A program made the translations under genes and the position numbers. Shown in pieces: positions 12,241 through 27,374 of a stretch of DNA of 64,000 nt. The stretch is from Eledone cirrhosa (taxonomy: Eukaryota): positions 25,110,001 through 25,174,000 of the forward strand of contig OZ024762.1 in NCBI GenBank assembly GCA_964016885.1, read 5' to 3'. The notes under the pieces were generated by a model. That model was not told the origin of the DNA, searched no databases, and worked only from the letters and a program-made list of their open reading frames with translations. Each line of letters opens with the position of its first letter. Position 1 is the first letter of the stretch.

Positions 12241-13325
12241 GGTTTGCCCACCATATATTTTATTTTTAGGTACAGTTTTATTTCTAGAATTATGTTATGA
12301 AATGCAACAGTTTTACATCTGTAGTTTTTCTAAAGAAAGGTACAGAGGCTTATGAGCAGAACCGTACAATATTTGTACACTATGTATATTTGTGTGTTCG
12401 ACTTACGATTAGAATTGTTTCTACTTTTAGCAGAAGGCTAGCAATTATCCGACCATAATTGTGTTGGTTCGGTTTCTCGACACGATCGTGTGTTGCGTTC
12501 TTGAGAAAAACACTTTATTTCACGTTGTTTCAGTATATTCTGCTGAAAATGAGTACCAGCAGTAGCTGAGGGTTTCACCATGTGATGGACTGTCGTCCTG
12601 TACAGGGGAAGGGGGGGGGGAGGTCTTGTGTGACTGAGTTGTCAGTGTGCTCGACTGGCGATCTTAATGTCCTTGGTTCGATTCCAGGACTAAATTATGT
12701 GTTGTGTTCTTGAGCTAAACATCTCATTTCAGTTTTCTCCAATATACTCAACTGAAAATGAGTATCAGCAGTAGCTGTGAATAACTAGAGTCCTTTCCGT
12801 GGCCTAGAGGTAAGTGCGTTAGACTTAAGATCATAATGTCGTGGGGTCGATAAAAACAATCACCAGTAACGAAGTGGGGTCTATGTAATCGACTTTCATC
12901 TCTCCCCAAATAACTGGCCTTGTGCTGCCTGTAGTAGGGTCGACAAAATAATGTACCGATAATGAATTGGAGTCGATTTAATAGACGTTCATCTCCCCCA
13001 TCCACAAAGAGTTTGCTTGCGTTGGCAGCGACCAGTCTGAGATGCTATCGATTGCACTTTACATTCTATGTGTGAAAAAGTATGGTGGAAGGCAGCAGGA
13101 TATCTAACAGGTTTTACGTCATGTGTTCTTTGCAAATAGATATTGGCATATATCAAATGTTAAACATCAACGATTGTATACAATAGAATTTATATTCTAA
13201 TTTATTTTTGGTGCTATTTTCATGGAAGGAGATAATGACTCAGAATTCCTCGAGATCCAATCTACCAGCACTTGATATATATATATTTATACATACGTCG
13301 ACATATATATGTGTGTGTGTGTATG

Positions 13326-13358
<33 letters not shown>

Positions 13359-13507
13359 ATGTATATATATATATATATATGTGTGTGTGTATGTATATAT
13401 ATATATATATATATTTATACATACATACGTCGACATATATATAAGTGTGTGTGAGTGTGTATCTATATATATATATATATATATATATATGGGTGTGTGT
13501 GTGTGTG

Positions 13508-13560
<53 letters not shown>

Positions 13561-13720
13561 CCAACTTTTACGAGTTACAAGTGGAATTAAATGAGGTATA
13601 AATAGGATCCTTGGCAACGAAGAACGTAAATAGAGAAGGAAGAACCACGTTATAAATAGCATAGACATGTTTGATCAATTCTGAAAAATTTTATTTTATA
13701 CCTTATTCTACTATATTACT

Positions 13721-13776
<56 letters not shown>

Positions 13777-13890
13777 AAATATATATAAATATATATATAT
13801 AAAAATATATATATATATATGTATATATATATATGTGTATAAATATATATAAATATATATATATAAATATATATAAATATATATATATAA

Positions 13891-13921
<31 letters not shown>

Positions 13922-14007
13922 AATATATATATAAATATACATAGATGCATATATACACAATATATATATATACAATATACACACATACACACACTAATAT
14001 ATACCTA

Positions 14008-14085
<78 letters not shown>

Positions 14086-14117
14086 TACATATATATATAT
14101 AGACATTTACTAAAACA

Positions 14118-14157
<40 letters not shown>

Positions 14158-14271
14158 TATTTTAGTGAATTTTTTTATGATATTAGGATGGGTTTTTTTG
14201 TATTGTCTTTATTTTTTTTTGGGGGGGGGGGGGTGCAATCTTTTTAAAAATTCTCTTCTCTCTCTCTCTCT

Positions 14272-14332
<61 letters not shown>

Positions 14333-14437
14333 AATTTTGATCATGGTCGAAGCTGATTGGTGTCTTCGTGGATGATTCCAGTAACGAGAGCTGTGTAAAG
14401 AGGGGATATCGATCATCCAATCAATCAATGAATATAC

Positions 14438-14519
<82 letters not shown>

Positions 14520-14543
14520 GGAGAGGGCCGCATATATTTATAG

Positions 14544-14602
<59 letters not shown>

Positions 14603-15077
14603 TATATATATGTATATACGTGTATGTATTTACATATATGTATATATGTGTATATATATATGTGTATATATATATATGTAAATATATATATATGTACATA
14701 TGCATATAGACACACACAAACAAACACACACGGTCACACACTCTCTCACCACTCCATTTATAGATAGTTAATTATGTGGGTGAGAACTTACACAAGTATA
14801 AATAACAACAAACAATTACAAATGGCGGTATGATAGGGTAGGGGACTCAATATTGGTAGCAGAGTGAAATTTATTACAGATATTGTGTTGCCTGGGAATT
14901 CGAGTTTTGCTTTCAGTGACTATATTATCCAGTTTCTATGTATTATCAACTGAAGGAGAAATCTAGTTATATCTTATACATATAGTATAAGATGGTTGGT
15001 TGAAAGTGGACACGTAATCACTAAAAAATGTGCTCTCAATATGTCAACATAGAAGTTAATATACTATATTTTATAAT

Positions 15078-16018
15078 ACGGTGGATTGGCAGTATCGGTA
15101 GAGGGTCGGGCGCCATGCTTTGATGCATAGAGTTACGGCCCTTTATGGTCTGATTTCAAGTCTCGCCGAGGTTAACTCTGCCTTTCATTATTACGGGGTC
15201 GAATGGGCGGTGAATTGGCAGTATCGGTAGAGGTTTGGACGCCATGCTTTGATGCATAGAGTTACGGCTCTTGCCATTCTGAGTTCAAATCCCGCCGAGG
15301 TTAACTTTGCCTTTCATCCTTACGGGGTCGATGAAATAAAGTACCAGTAATGCACTGGGTAATTGCTGGCCTTGTGCCTAAAGTAGAAACAATTATTGCG
15401 GGGTCGATAAAATAAAGTACCAGTAATACACTAGGATAATTGCTGGCTTCGTGCCAAAAGTAGAAACAATTTTATAATACAGCGATGGATTGGAAGCATC
15501 GGTTCGGTAGAGCGTCGGACACTGTGCTTCGTGACGGAGAGTTACGGCCCTTTACGGTCTGTGTTAAAATCTCACTTCCCCAAATTTGCTTTCCTTGGCA
15601 GCGAAAAGTCTGACGTTCTATCGATTGCAATTTACATTAAGTTAATTTTGCCTTTCATCCTTACGGGGTCAACAAAATAAAGTACCAGTAATATACTGGG
15701 ATCGGTTTAATAGATGTTCCCCTCTCCAAAAATGTTTTGCCTTAACAGCGACTATCCTTACTTGTTCGATAAAATAAAGTACCAGTAATGAATTGTGGTC
15801 GATTTAATAGACGTTCCCCGTCCCACAAAACGTTTGCTTGCCTTGGCAGTGCATAGTCTGACATTCTATCAATTGGAATTTACATTAGCTTAGCTTTACT
15901 TTTCATCCTTACAGGGTCGATAACACAAAGTACCAGTCACATGCTGGGGTTGATTTAGTCTACTGTCACCTCCTCCAAAATTGCTGGCCTTGTGCTTATC
16001 GTAGAAACAATTATATAA
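15078..16018 (+). mobile_element. Cluster of tandem and partial MetaSINE-like SINE copies
   Basis: tggcagtatcggtag (A box), gagttcaaatccc (B box) and gcctttcatccttacggggtcga..aaataaagtaccagt repeated at least 4 times; more pieces at 12840-13000 and 18655-18730. Confidence 0.8.
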
Positions 16019-16029
16019 TACATTAACAT

Positions 16030-16217
16030 ATATGAAAGCTAATGGATACAGACCCCCTTTGGTCACCAATGACCATGGGATCTGCATCTAGAAAGTTTCC
16101 CTCCGAGGCACAAGTTGGGGAACAGTCGTTTGTAGAAACCCAGCCTCCACCCCTCCATGGCACTGATGTTGTCCAAGGGAAAGGCAATGGCTGATACAGC
16201 TTGCCACCAGTCACGTG

Positions 16218-16222
<5 letters not shown>
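16030..16222 (-). mobile_element. 3' part of a CORE-type SINE
   Basis: ccaagggaaaggc..acagctt..accagtcacgt block shared with 16393-16450 and 17596-17650; the last runs into the CORE block. Confidence 0.55.
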
Positions 16223-16302
<80 letters not shown>

Positions 16303-16449
16303 ATATATATATTATAGATTTACTATATATACACTACATACACCTTATATACACTATATTTAGACTATATATATACACACTAAACTACATATGATGTTTC
16401 CAAGGGAAAGAGAAAGGCCAAAACAGCTTGACACCAGCGACGTCACAAC

Positions 16450-17592
16450 TTACTCTATATATACACCCTCTATACAATACATATACACCCTATACTCTAT
16501 ATATACACCCTCTATACAATATATATACACCCTATACTCTATATATACTCCCTCTATACAATACATATACACCCTATACTCTATATATACTCTCTACACA
16601 TACACTCTATACTCTATATATATACTCTCTACACATACACTATATACTCTCTATATATACTCTCTACACATACACTCTATACTCTATATATATACTCTCT
16701 ACACATACACTATATACTCTATATATACTCTCTACACATACACTCTATACTCTATATATACTCTCTACACATACAATCTATACTCTATATATACTCTATA
16801 TACTCACTATACTGTATATATACTCTCTATACTCTATATACACACTCTATACTCTATATATACACTCTATACTGTATATATATACGCTCTATACTGTATA
16901 TATATACTCTCTATACTCTATATATACTCTTTATACTCTATATATACTCTATATACACTCTATACTGTATATATACTCTCTATACTATATATATACTCTC
17001 TATACTGTTTATATACTCTCTATACTCTATATATCCACTCTATACCGTTTATATACTATCTATACTCTCTATACTGTATATATACTCTCTATACTCTATA
17101 TATACACTCTATACTCTATATATACTCTCTATACTGTATATATACACTATATACTCTATATATACTCTCTATACTCTATATATACTCTCTATACTTTCTA
17201 TATACACTCTATACTCTACATATAGTCTCTATACTCTATATATACACTCTATACTCTACATATACTATCTATACTCTATATACACTCTATACTGTATATA
17301 TACTCTCTATACTCTATATATACTCTCTATACTCTCTATACACACTCTATACTGTTTATATACTCTCTATACTCTATATACACTCTATACTGTATATATA
17401 CTCTCTATACTCTATATACTCTATATATACACTCTACACTGTTTATATACTCTCTATACTCTATATACACTCTATACTGTATATATACTCTCTATACTCT
17501 ATATATACTCTCTATACTCTATATATACTCTCTATACTCTATATACACTCTATACTGTATATATACTCTCTATATTCTATATATACACTATA
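16450..17592. repeat. Low-complexity TATACTC/TATACAC satellite
   Basis: Continuous tactctata variants; the ORFs here are YTL-rich artefacts. Confidence 0.9.
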
Positions 17593-18297
17593 TATGGTAT
17601 TGTTCAAGGGAACGACAATGGCCAATACAGCCACCAGTGACGTCGCAACTCAGCTGAGTAAAATGGAGCAAGATGAAATAAAGAGTCTTGCTCAAGGACA
17701 CAACTCGAAAGAAAATGTACGCCAGTTTGGAATGTGTTTTATACGTTACAGTATATTTAGAAGGGTATAGCCGGAGGCTGGGTGATGTAGGGTTCTATAT
17801 CTTTAAGTGTCCAATGGCAACATCTTTTTCCGTATATAAAGGTATTCACTCTATTTTATAATCTATTTTTTAGGATCTCTACACATGAGCATAGAGTTCT
17901 CTATATTGATTTTCTCCCCTCAGCGCTTCGTAAAAACCCGAGTGATAGGCTAGGTATACACGATATCTGTTAACATTTAAAGATGTGATTCAGCTACTTA
18001 ATTTAAGACGGTAAAAGTTGTTAGGGTCCCTTAGCTAAATGGTTTAAAGCAACGGGCTGGTATATGGGAGATACAAGGTTTGATGACTCATAGCGGTCGA
18101 TGGCAAATTGTTTTTCCGTCTTTAAAGATCATCATCCTATTGTATAAGCTATTTTATAGCATATCACATCTTTATACACACACATACAGAAACATATATA
18201 TATATATATACGTAGGTCCCGGGTTGAGTCGGGGATAACCACAGTAAGTAAGGTACTCAATACATGGCAGAGTAAAATATATTTATTGTATAGAAGG

Positions 18298-18348
18298 AGC
18301 TTCTACAGGACTAGTACTGTTTCATTCAGATGAAATCTTCAGGAAGCT
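18298..18348 (-). ncRNA. Hammerhead ribozyme (family A), intact core
   Basis: AGCUUC-CUGAAGA-UUUC aucu GAAU-GAAA-CAG uacuaguc CUG-UA-GAAGCU. Confidence 0.8.
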
Positions 18349-18459
18349 GGGTGTCATATTAAGTTCTGCTATTTATACATTTAGGTAGTGGTAAAATTCC
18401 CCCCCCCCCCCTCCAGCCACTACCTAAATGTATAAATACCAGAACTTAATATGACACCC

Positions 18460-18510
18460 AGCTTCCTGAAGATTTCATCTGAATGAAACAGTACTAGTCC
18501 TGTAGAAGCT
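18460..18510 (+). ncRNA. Hammerhead ribozyme (family A), intact core
   Basis: Identical mirror of 18298-18348; 6-bp stem I and GUA site. Confidence 0.8.
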
Positions 18511-18570
18511 CCTTCTATTCAATAAATATATATATATATATATATATACACATCACACACGCATACACAA

Positions 18571-18613
<43 letters not shown>

Positions 18614-18992
18614 CGCCATATGTATATATATAAGCCAATAGGAGGGAACATGAAAATAGTTGTTTCTACTTTTGGCACAAGGCCAGTAATTACCCAGTAC
18701 ATTACTGGTACTTTATTTTGTCGACCCCGGGAACATGATAATAGTAACACTGATGATGGTACAACAAGAGAACTTTGTTAGACTATATATATATTTATAT
18801 CTGTATTTGTAACCGTTGGTCAGTCAATGATTATCATTGATTGCCAAATAAATTAACTATGGAGATATAAAAGATACAGAAGCGAACAACCAACCAAACA
18901 GTGAGTGTGGTCTGTTATTATTTCTGGCAGTATTATTGCAACAATATGACACTCCCCAAGTATAACAATATATATATATATATATATATAGC

Positions 18993-19056
<64 letters not shown>

Positions 19057-19058
<2 letters not shown>

Positions 19059-19900
19059 TTTCTTTATTAGCCACAGGGGCACAAAAGAAGGGGACAAATA
19101 CAAAGGGGGAAGTTTACATACAATAAAAATGTGTAAAATGTTATCACAAATGTAATTTAAAAAGTTAGTCGATTTTCCCCAATAGGGGGAGACAGTTTAT
19201 ATGGGTAACACATACCCCCGAAAAAAAATGTGCAACCCTCATCTCCAGGAGTACGAAGAGTTTGTATTCCTTTCCTCTCCTCCTCCTTTTCCTCAACCTA
19301 CAGGCTGATATAGAGAGAAGGCCCATTCACTCGGGTCATTCTCGCCACTTTCTAGATAGATAGATAGATAGATATATTTCTTTATTTACCACAAAGGCAT
19401 AAAAAGAAGGGACAAATACAAAGGGGGAGTTTACATACAATCGAGTAAAAAGGGTATAAAATGAAAATAATCGAAAACAACCTCAAAAGGGAGGGGACGT
19501 GATGGGGGTTGCACACACCCCCGAAAAAGTGTGCAATCCTTTGCCCGGGGAGCACATGGAGAAGGTGCTCCCCTCTCCTTCACTTCTTTACCTACAGGAT
19601 GGTATACAGAGAAGGCCCATTTACACGAACCATTCTCGCCACTATCACCCACCTTTCATAAAACTGCCGGTGGCCAAGCACCTCTCTCTCCATTCTTATC
19701 CTTCTTCCTAAGTGATATCAGAAGAAGTAGACCAGACTATGGCCAGAGAGGAAGTTGCCTGACCTCAGACCTTTCAATCGTGTCCACCAAACAACCTCTT
19801 TCAACATGGCTATTTCGCACAGAAAAACCGCCTTTGCTTCCTTTGTGAAGAGGGGAGGCGGCTTGATTGTCATCACGGACTCGGCGGTCAATCGAATCGG
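19057..19900 (-). mobile_element. Two Tx1/L1-like 3' fragments (19057-19352 and 19377-19900)
   Basis: tttctttatt..ccaca 3' end and ccattctcgccac..cacccacctttca match the end of the 51885-57490 element. Confidence 0.7.
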
Positions 19901-20153
19901 CTAATAGATAGATAGATAGATAGGTAGATAGACTACACGCAATCCGAGTAATTCTTGAGGGTTAATTTTGAAAAGTCCTAATATACAGAACGAAACAGTC
20001 TTCCTCTCACCAGTTATCAATAAATTGACATTGCTCGATTCTATTATGAAATAATATTGCCTTTTGCTACCCTCTGTATATCGTGCTGTCACTCATGTCG
20101 TACGGAAAAACAACACTTTCTAATTTGTATAATCGTATATATGTATATGCATA

Positions 20154-21345
<1,192 letters not shown>

Positions 21346-21487
21346 TGCGGGTGTTTTCGCGTATGCTTGTGTATGTACGTATATGGTTGCGTGCATGTAT
21401 ATATTTAATTTCAATTACCTCTGTAATTTATTTACTTTATTCTTAACTCTGATGCCGGGAATCATTCGGTTTGCTAGTTAGAATTTT

Positions 21488-21760
21488 AGTCTACGACTTC
21501 AGTTATACAATTTACGTGGTTTTGTCTTTGCGTGTAATTGTTCTCTCGTTCCACATAATGACGTATTATCTTCGTTTTTTCTGTTCATTGCCTGAGAACG
21601 TCTCCACGAACCACCTAATAGAATATAAGTCTACGGCTTCATTTATACCATAAACGTGGTTTTGTCTTTGCGTGAAATTGTTTTCACCGCTCCAAATTAT
21701 GACGTATTATCTTTGTCTTTATCCGTTCTTTTGCAGGGAAAGTTTCCACGCACCTAAGTA
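21488..21760. repeat. Two diverged ~140-bp tandem units
   Basis: agtctacg..acgtggttttgtctttgcgtg..atgacgtattatctt at 21488 and 21628. Confidence 0.75.
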
Positions 21761-21909
21761 TCGTCTTCCTATCTTCCTTTGGTTGCAACGTTTTTTGAAA
21801 TATTTACTTCTGCGTTCAGAGATTGATTTTTTTAAGTTTCAGAAGGTCCCGTTAAGGGTGAAAGCAGCGATTCTTTGCTTAAACTTTAATCTGTTATTTT
21901 AATAAATAA

Positions 21910-22034
<125 letters not shown>

Positions 22035-22215
22035 TATATATATGCAAAAGTTTTATTTAAAATTGTTGGGATACAACAAGTAAATATTTTATAACTGATA
22101 TAAAGCACTCGACAAGTTTTTGGAGTAGATATATCACTATCCAGACAGCTTCCAAAAATAATGGTCGCTTATAATAGGGTACGTCAAAATTATTTATAAA
22201 ACTGTTTATATATTC

Positions 22216-22280
22216 TATTTTATCTGACGAAGGCATGCCATATTTTAATTTGGTATCCCTGAAATATGTATAATGAAATA
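22216..22280 (+). ncRNA. Hammerhead ribozyme (family B) within cassette 22045-22322
   Basis: UAUUUUAU-CUGACGA-AGGcAUGCCA..UGGUAUcCCU-GAAA-UAUGUA-UA-AUGAAAUA. Confidence 0.78.
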
Positions 22281-22555
22281 AATATGGTTTTATAAATATA
22301 GTTTCCATTTATTTAATATCGTATATATATATATATATATAAAATATATATATATATATATATAATATATATATATATAAATAAATATATGGAAATGGAA
22401 AAAGATGAGTATTGACGTACATCAATTTCTCATATTTTTCCCTTTCTCTGAGGATTCTAAACCACACTATCAGGCTAAAAAAATTATTTAGTCAAAAATA
22501 GCGTGAAAGCTTCTATTTCTAATTTAAAACTTGCTCACTGTTTAAAAACATACTT

Positions 22556-22597
<42 letters not shown>

Positions 22598-22604
22598 TAA
22601 ATAG

Positions 22605-22663
<59 letters not shown>

Positions 22664-22687
22664 TATATACATATATGTATGTATATC

Positions 22688-22731
<44 letters not shown>

Positions 22732-23241
22732 CGTGTGTGTGTACAAATACATACATATATAGATATATAGAAACACTCTTATATATATACACATATACAT
22801 ACTGGAAGAACTCAATAGAAAGTAATGTCATAATATGTAAAATTCCATACAAAGGTTATATAAGACAATAACTATTGTACAGAAATCTATGAAGCCGATA
22901 GATTTTGGCGTACATACAACGAATGAACAACATTAAAATATAAGATATTGTCTATAAGTAAAGGCATACTATAAAGCATTCGTCTGGAAAATATCGCGCA
23001 ATATTTTCTTACACTTCAGATTATTTCGCATATTTTTTAGGTTTTAATATTATTATGTTTACTATTATTATCATTATCATTATTGTTGTTGATGCTGTTG
23101 TTGTTATTGTGCCTAAATCAGAATCCATTATTGTTACTGTTCTTCTTCTTCTTATTTTTATTATTATTATTATTATTGTCATTCTTCTTCTTCTTCTTCT
23201 TCTTCTTGATTTATATATATATATTTATATTTAAATATATA

Positions 23242-23355
<114 letters not shown>

Positions 23356-23379
23356 AATATATATATATTATATATATAT

Positions 23380-23434
<55 letters not shown>

Positions 23435-23500
23435 AATAAATATATATTTAAATATATATATTTATATATATATATTTATATATATATATTTATATATATA

Positions 23501-23546
<46 letters not shown>

Positions 23547-23814
23547 TATATATATAAATATATATATATATAAATATATATATATATATTTAAATATATA
23601 TATATATATATTTCAATATAAATATATATATGTATTTAAATATGTATATATATATATATTTAAATATATATATATAATTAAATTTAAATATATATATATT
23701 TAAATGTATATATATATATATTTAAATATATATATATTTAAATATATATATATATACATATTTAAATACATATATATATTTATATTGAAATATATATATA
23801 TATATTTATATTTA

Positions 23815-23857
<43 letters not shown>

Positions 23858-23897
23858 TTAAATATATATATATATATTTAAATATATATATATATTT

Positions 23898-24360
23898 AAA
23901 TATTGTTATACTTTGGGAGGGTCATGTTGCCAATAAGAAACACACGCACCAGCTGTGTCACTTCAAATTATTATAATAAATTTATAAATTTAGGGTTGGT
24001 TGGTTGGTTCCACAACCAGATGGTTGTTTATATATTGTGAAAGTTCTTTCGTCACACATTCTGTGACCTCTTCAGTGACTGGGGGTTCTTTTGTTTGTTT
24101 TTTTGTTTGTGCCTCTCCTTTGTTCTGTCACAGAATGTGTGACGAAAGAACTTTGACAATATATAAACAACCATCTGGTTGTGGAACCAACCAACCAACC
24201 GGAAATTTAAATATTCCTAAATTTATTATAATAAATTGAAGTGAAAGAAACTGGTGCGTGTGTTTCTTATTGGCAACATGACCCTCCCAAAGTATAACAA
24301 TATCGGTTTCAACACATGTTTTCAGATAAAGAATCTTGCTAAACAAATTCAGAAACGAAA
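23898..24360. mobile_element. Fold-back cassette
   Basis: Arms about 23898-24067 and 24127-24302, tail to 24360; (TA)n flanks. Confidence 0.8.
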
Positions 24361-24392
24361 TATATTTAAATATATATATATATCTATCTATA

Positions 24393-24951
24393 TACGATAT
24401 TAACAAATGGAAACTATATTTATAAAACCATATTTATTTCATTATACATATTTCAAGGACACCAAGTTAAATTACGGTGTGCTTTCATCACATAAAATAT
24501 AATATAGAGCAGTTTTATAAATAAATATTGACATACCCTTAAAGAATGCAACCATTACTGTTGGAAGCTCCCGGATAGTCGGGTTATAACTTTATTAATA
24601 CTATATAGTATAAATAAAGTTATAACCCACTATCCGGGAGCTTTATACAATATAGTATAAATAAAGTTATAACCCCACTATCCGGGAGCTTCCAACAGTA
24701 ATGGTTGCATTCTTTAATGGAATGTCAATATTTATTTATAAAACTGATCTATATTATATTTTATCTGATGAAAGCTCACCATAGTTTAACTTGGTGTCCT
24801 TGAAATATGTATAATGAAATAAATATGGTTTTATAAATATGGTTTCTATTTGTTAATATCGTATTTTTACTCCAATTATTTGTTGAGTGCTTTATATCAG
24901 TTATAAAAATATTTGCTTGTTGCAGCCCAACAATTTAAATAGAACTTTTAC

Positions 24952-24955
<4 letters not shown>
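24393..24955 (+). mobile_element. Family B fold-back cassette
   Basis: 24393-24578 is the reverse complement of about 24677-24863; duplicated junction sequence in the loop. Confidence 0.85.
24757..24821 (+). ncRNA. Hammerhead ribozyme (family B)
   Basis: UAUUUUAU-CUGAUGA-AAG cuCACCA..UGGUGuc CUU-GAAA-UAUGUA-UA-AUGAAAUA. Confidence 0.75.
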
Positions 24956-24983
<28 letters not shown>

Positions 24984-25397
24984 ATTTACTTGCGTGTGTA
25001 TAGGGTTGTGGTTGACCCATTTTTTTCTAATTTACATCGTTAAAATTGAGATTTGACCAATATAACATTTGTTGTTTTGTAACCTAACTTTCGGTGCATA
25101 TTTGTCGGTGTATATATTTTTTCTGTGACCTCGTGTCGGTGTGTGTGAGAGTGAGTGGGTACTCACTCACACTAATTGTGACCGACCGAAATTCTAGATT
25201 TGATGTTGAGATTAGACCTGTCCAGCGTCTTTTACAGGTATTGAGAGATAGAAACTTGATAGATTTATGACCCTGACTGAAGACGATAGCAGTCGGCGTA
25301 TTTTGGCTGCTGAATCTTCATATGGGGAACAGAACTCTAGTGAGTGAACATCGTTAGTTTTCCCTCCCTCATATCAACGATTTGAAGACAAGTCATT

Positions 25398-25476
25398 ATT
25401 CACCTGATGAGATCAGTGATTATCGATCATGACCACAGTATCGATCTATCTCTTATTGAAACATGTATTGTGATTA
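25398..25476 (+). ncRNA. Probable degenerate hammerhead
   Basis: cac-CUGAUGA-GAU...-GAAA-CAUG-UA-uugug; palindromic ACAUGU, but stem I and II junctions are imperfect. Confidence 0.45.
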
Positions 25477-25647
25477 CAATGATTGGACATTTATACGATG
25501 CCTTCGGATCTTTATTTTGATAGCAATACTCCGCTTTACATCATCTAGCTGTTACCATAAATGGAATTGGAGATATACGATAGCGTGGAGAACTTAATAT
25601 GTTAACAAAAGTTTATTGGACCATATGACACAACCAATAATACACCT

Positions 25648-25710
<63 letters not shown>

Positions 25711-25971
25711 GGAAAAAATGAAACGAAATTTCATTTCCCACACTTAGTACGGCTGTTACTTAAATATAAGTATGTATACGTACATACATATATGTATACA
25801 GACGTACAGTAGTATGTATATATATATACATACATGCACACATATATATATGTACATATGGATTCACCAAACATTTATTATAATGCTCGCTGTGTTTGTA
25901 AACAAACATCCCGTATTAAGCCGTAGTGTCTAGCTACCACCGTTGCTCGTTTGTTGAACACTGGCAAAGGA

Positions 25972-26014
25972 ACGCTGTACTAGTTTCAAGCTTGTTAGCT
26001 ATCGTCAGCAACGT
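25972..26014 (-). ncRNA. Minimal hammerhead ribozyme, intact
   Basis: ACGUUG-CUGACGA-UAGC uaacaa GCUU-GAAA-CUAG-UA-CAGCGU. Confidence 0.8.
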
Positions 26015-26297
26015 ATACCTTCCTGCCAGATGGTTGAACGTCCGAAAGTATATACTTTCCTTATACATATTAACGCCTGAGTACCCCAATTTGCATATCG
26101 AGTGGGTTAATCGGCCGGGTGCACCGAAAACGATAATATATACGTATATATATTCCTTTGTTATATTTCGAATACCTGATATCACCGGATTCATATGGAA
26201 CCCGGTCATTGAAATGATTATAGTAAAATAAACCTTTCAAGGATTTACACCAGTCCAGCCTCCTGTTATTTTATTATATATACCACAATTCCTTCGT

Positions 26298-26376
<79 letters not shown>

Positions 26377-26747
26377 CTGCGCACAAAACACACACATATA
26401 CACACACACACGTATAATTATATAAATAACTATATGTTTCAGCATAAATACTTATAGAGCGCAAGCTATGACATTCTACGATGCATTGTAGATGGAAATA
26501 AGCCTCGATTTGACACAGATGTACTTCATGTGGAATCAATGTCTAGCTGTCAAATTCTAATACGTAGGAAGACAGGGAGGGGGAGAGAGGGGAGGGGAGG
26601 GGGAGAGAGAGGGGGTAAAGACAAAGAGTGAAAGAGGGAACATAATTGTATTCTTATCTTCTACAAGTCTGGAATAAAATACATACAAACACACACACAT
26701 ACATATATATTTATATACATATATGCGCGCGCGTGCGTGTGTGTATG

Positions 26748-26787
<40 letters not shown>

Positions 26788-26887
26788 AATATATATATAT
26801 ACATATATATAAATAAATATATATACACATATATATAAATATATATATGTGTATATATATGTGTATATATAAATATATATATGTATA

Positions 26888-27007
<120 letters not shown>

Positions 27008-27374
27008 TATAAATATATGTATATATATATATATGTGTGTGTGTCAGCGAATATGTGCGTTAACGTATACACATATACATATAACGTAATGTGTAGATAC
27101 ATACATACACGTGCATGCACACACGTTACATGTATATATACACATGAATTGTTCCTAAGTAGGAACGTATAGTACACTCACCATTTCCACCATTACTGCC
27201 ATTCCCTTAATCACCGCCAACAACACAACCACACTACCAACCCACCACTAACAGTAACAACGAAATCTGACATACTACCATACCACTGGCACCACCTCCA
27301 TCACCACCAGCAGCACATAACCAGCCTGGCAACGAACAAATCAGCCAGCCAGCCAAAGAAATATTCAGCCACAT

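Larger units (their letters stand above)
18211..18531 (-). mobile_element. Fold-back hammerhead cassette, family A
   Basis: Arms 18277-18391 and 18417-18531 around a poly-C spacer; (TA)n flanks. Confidence 0.85.

Noticed and set aside
18025-18100. tRNA-like sequence
   Set aside because: Degenerate A/B boxes only; probably a decayed SINE head and too weak to call
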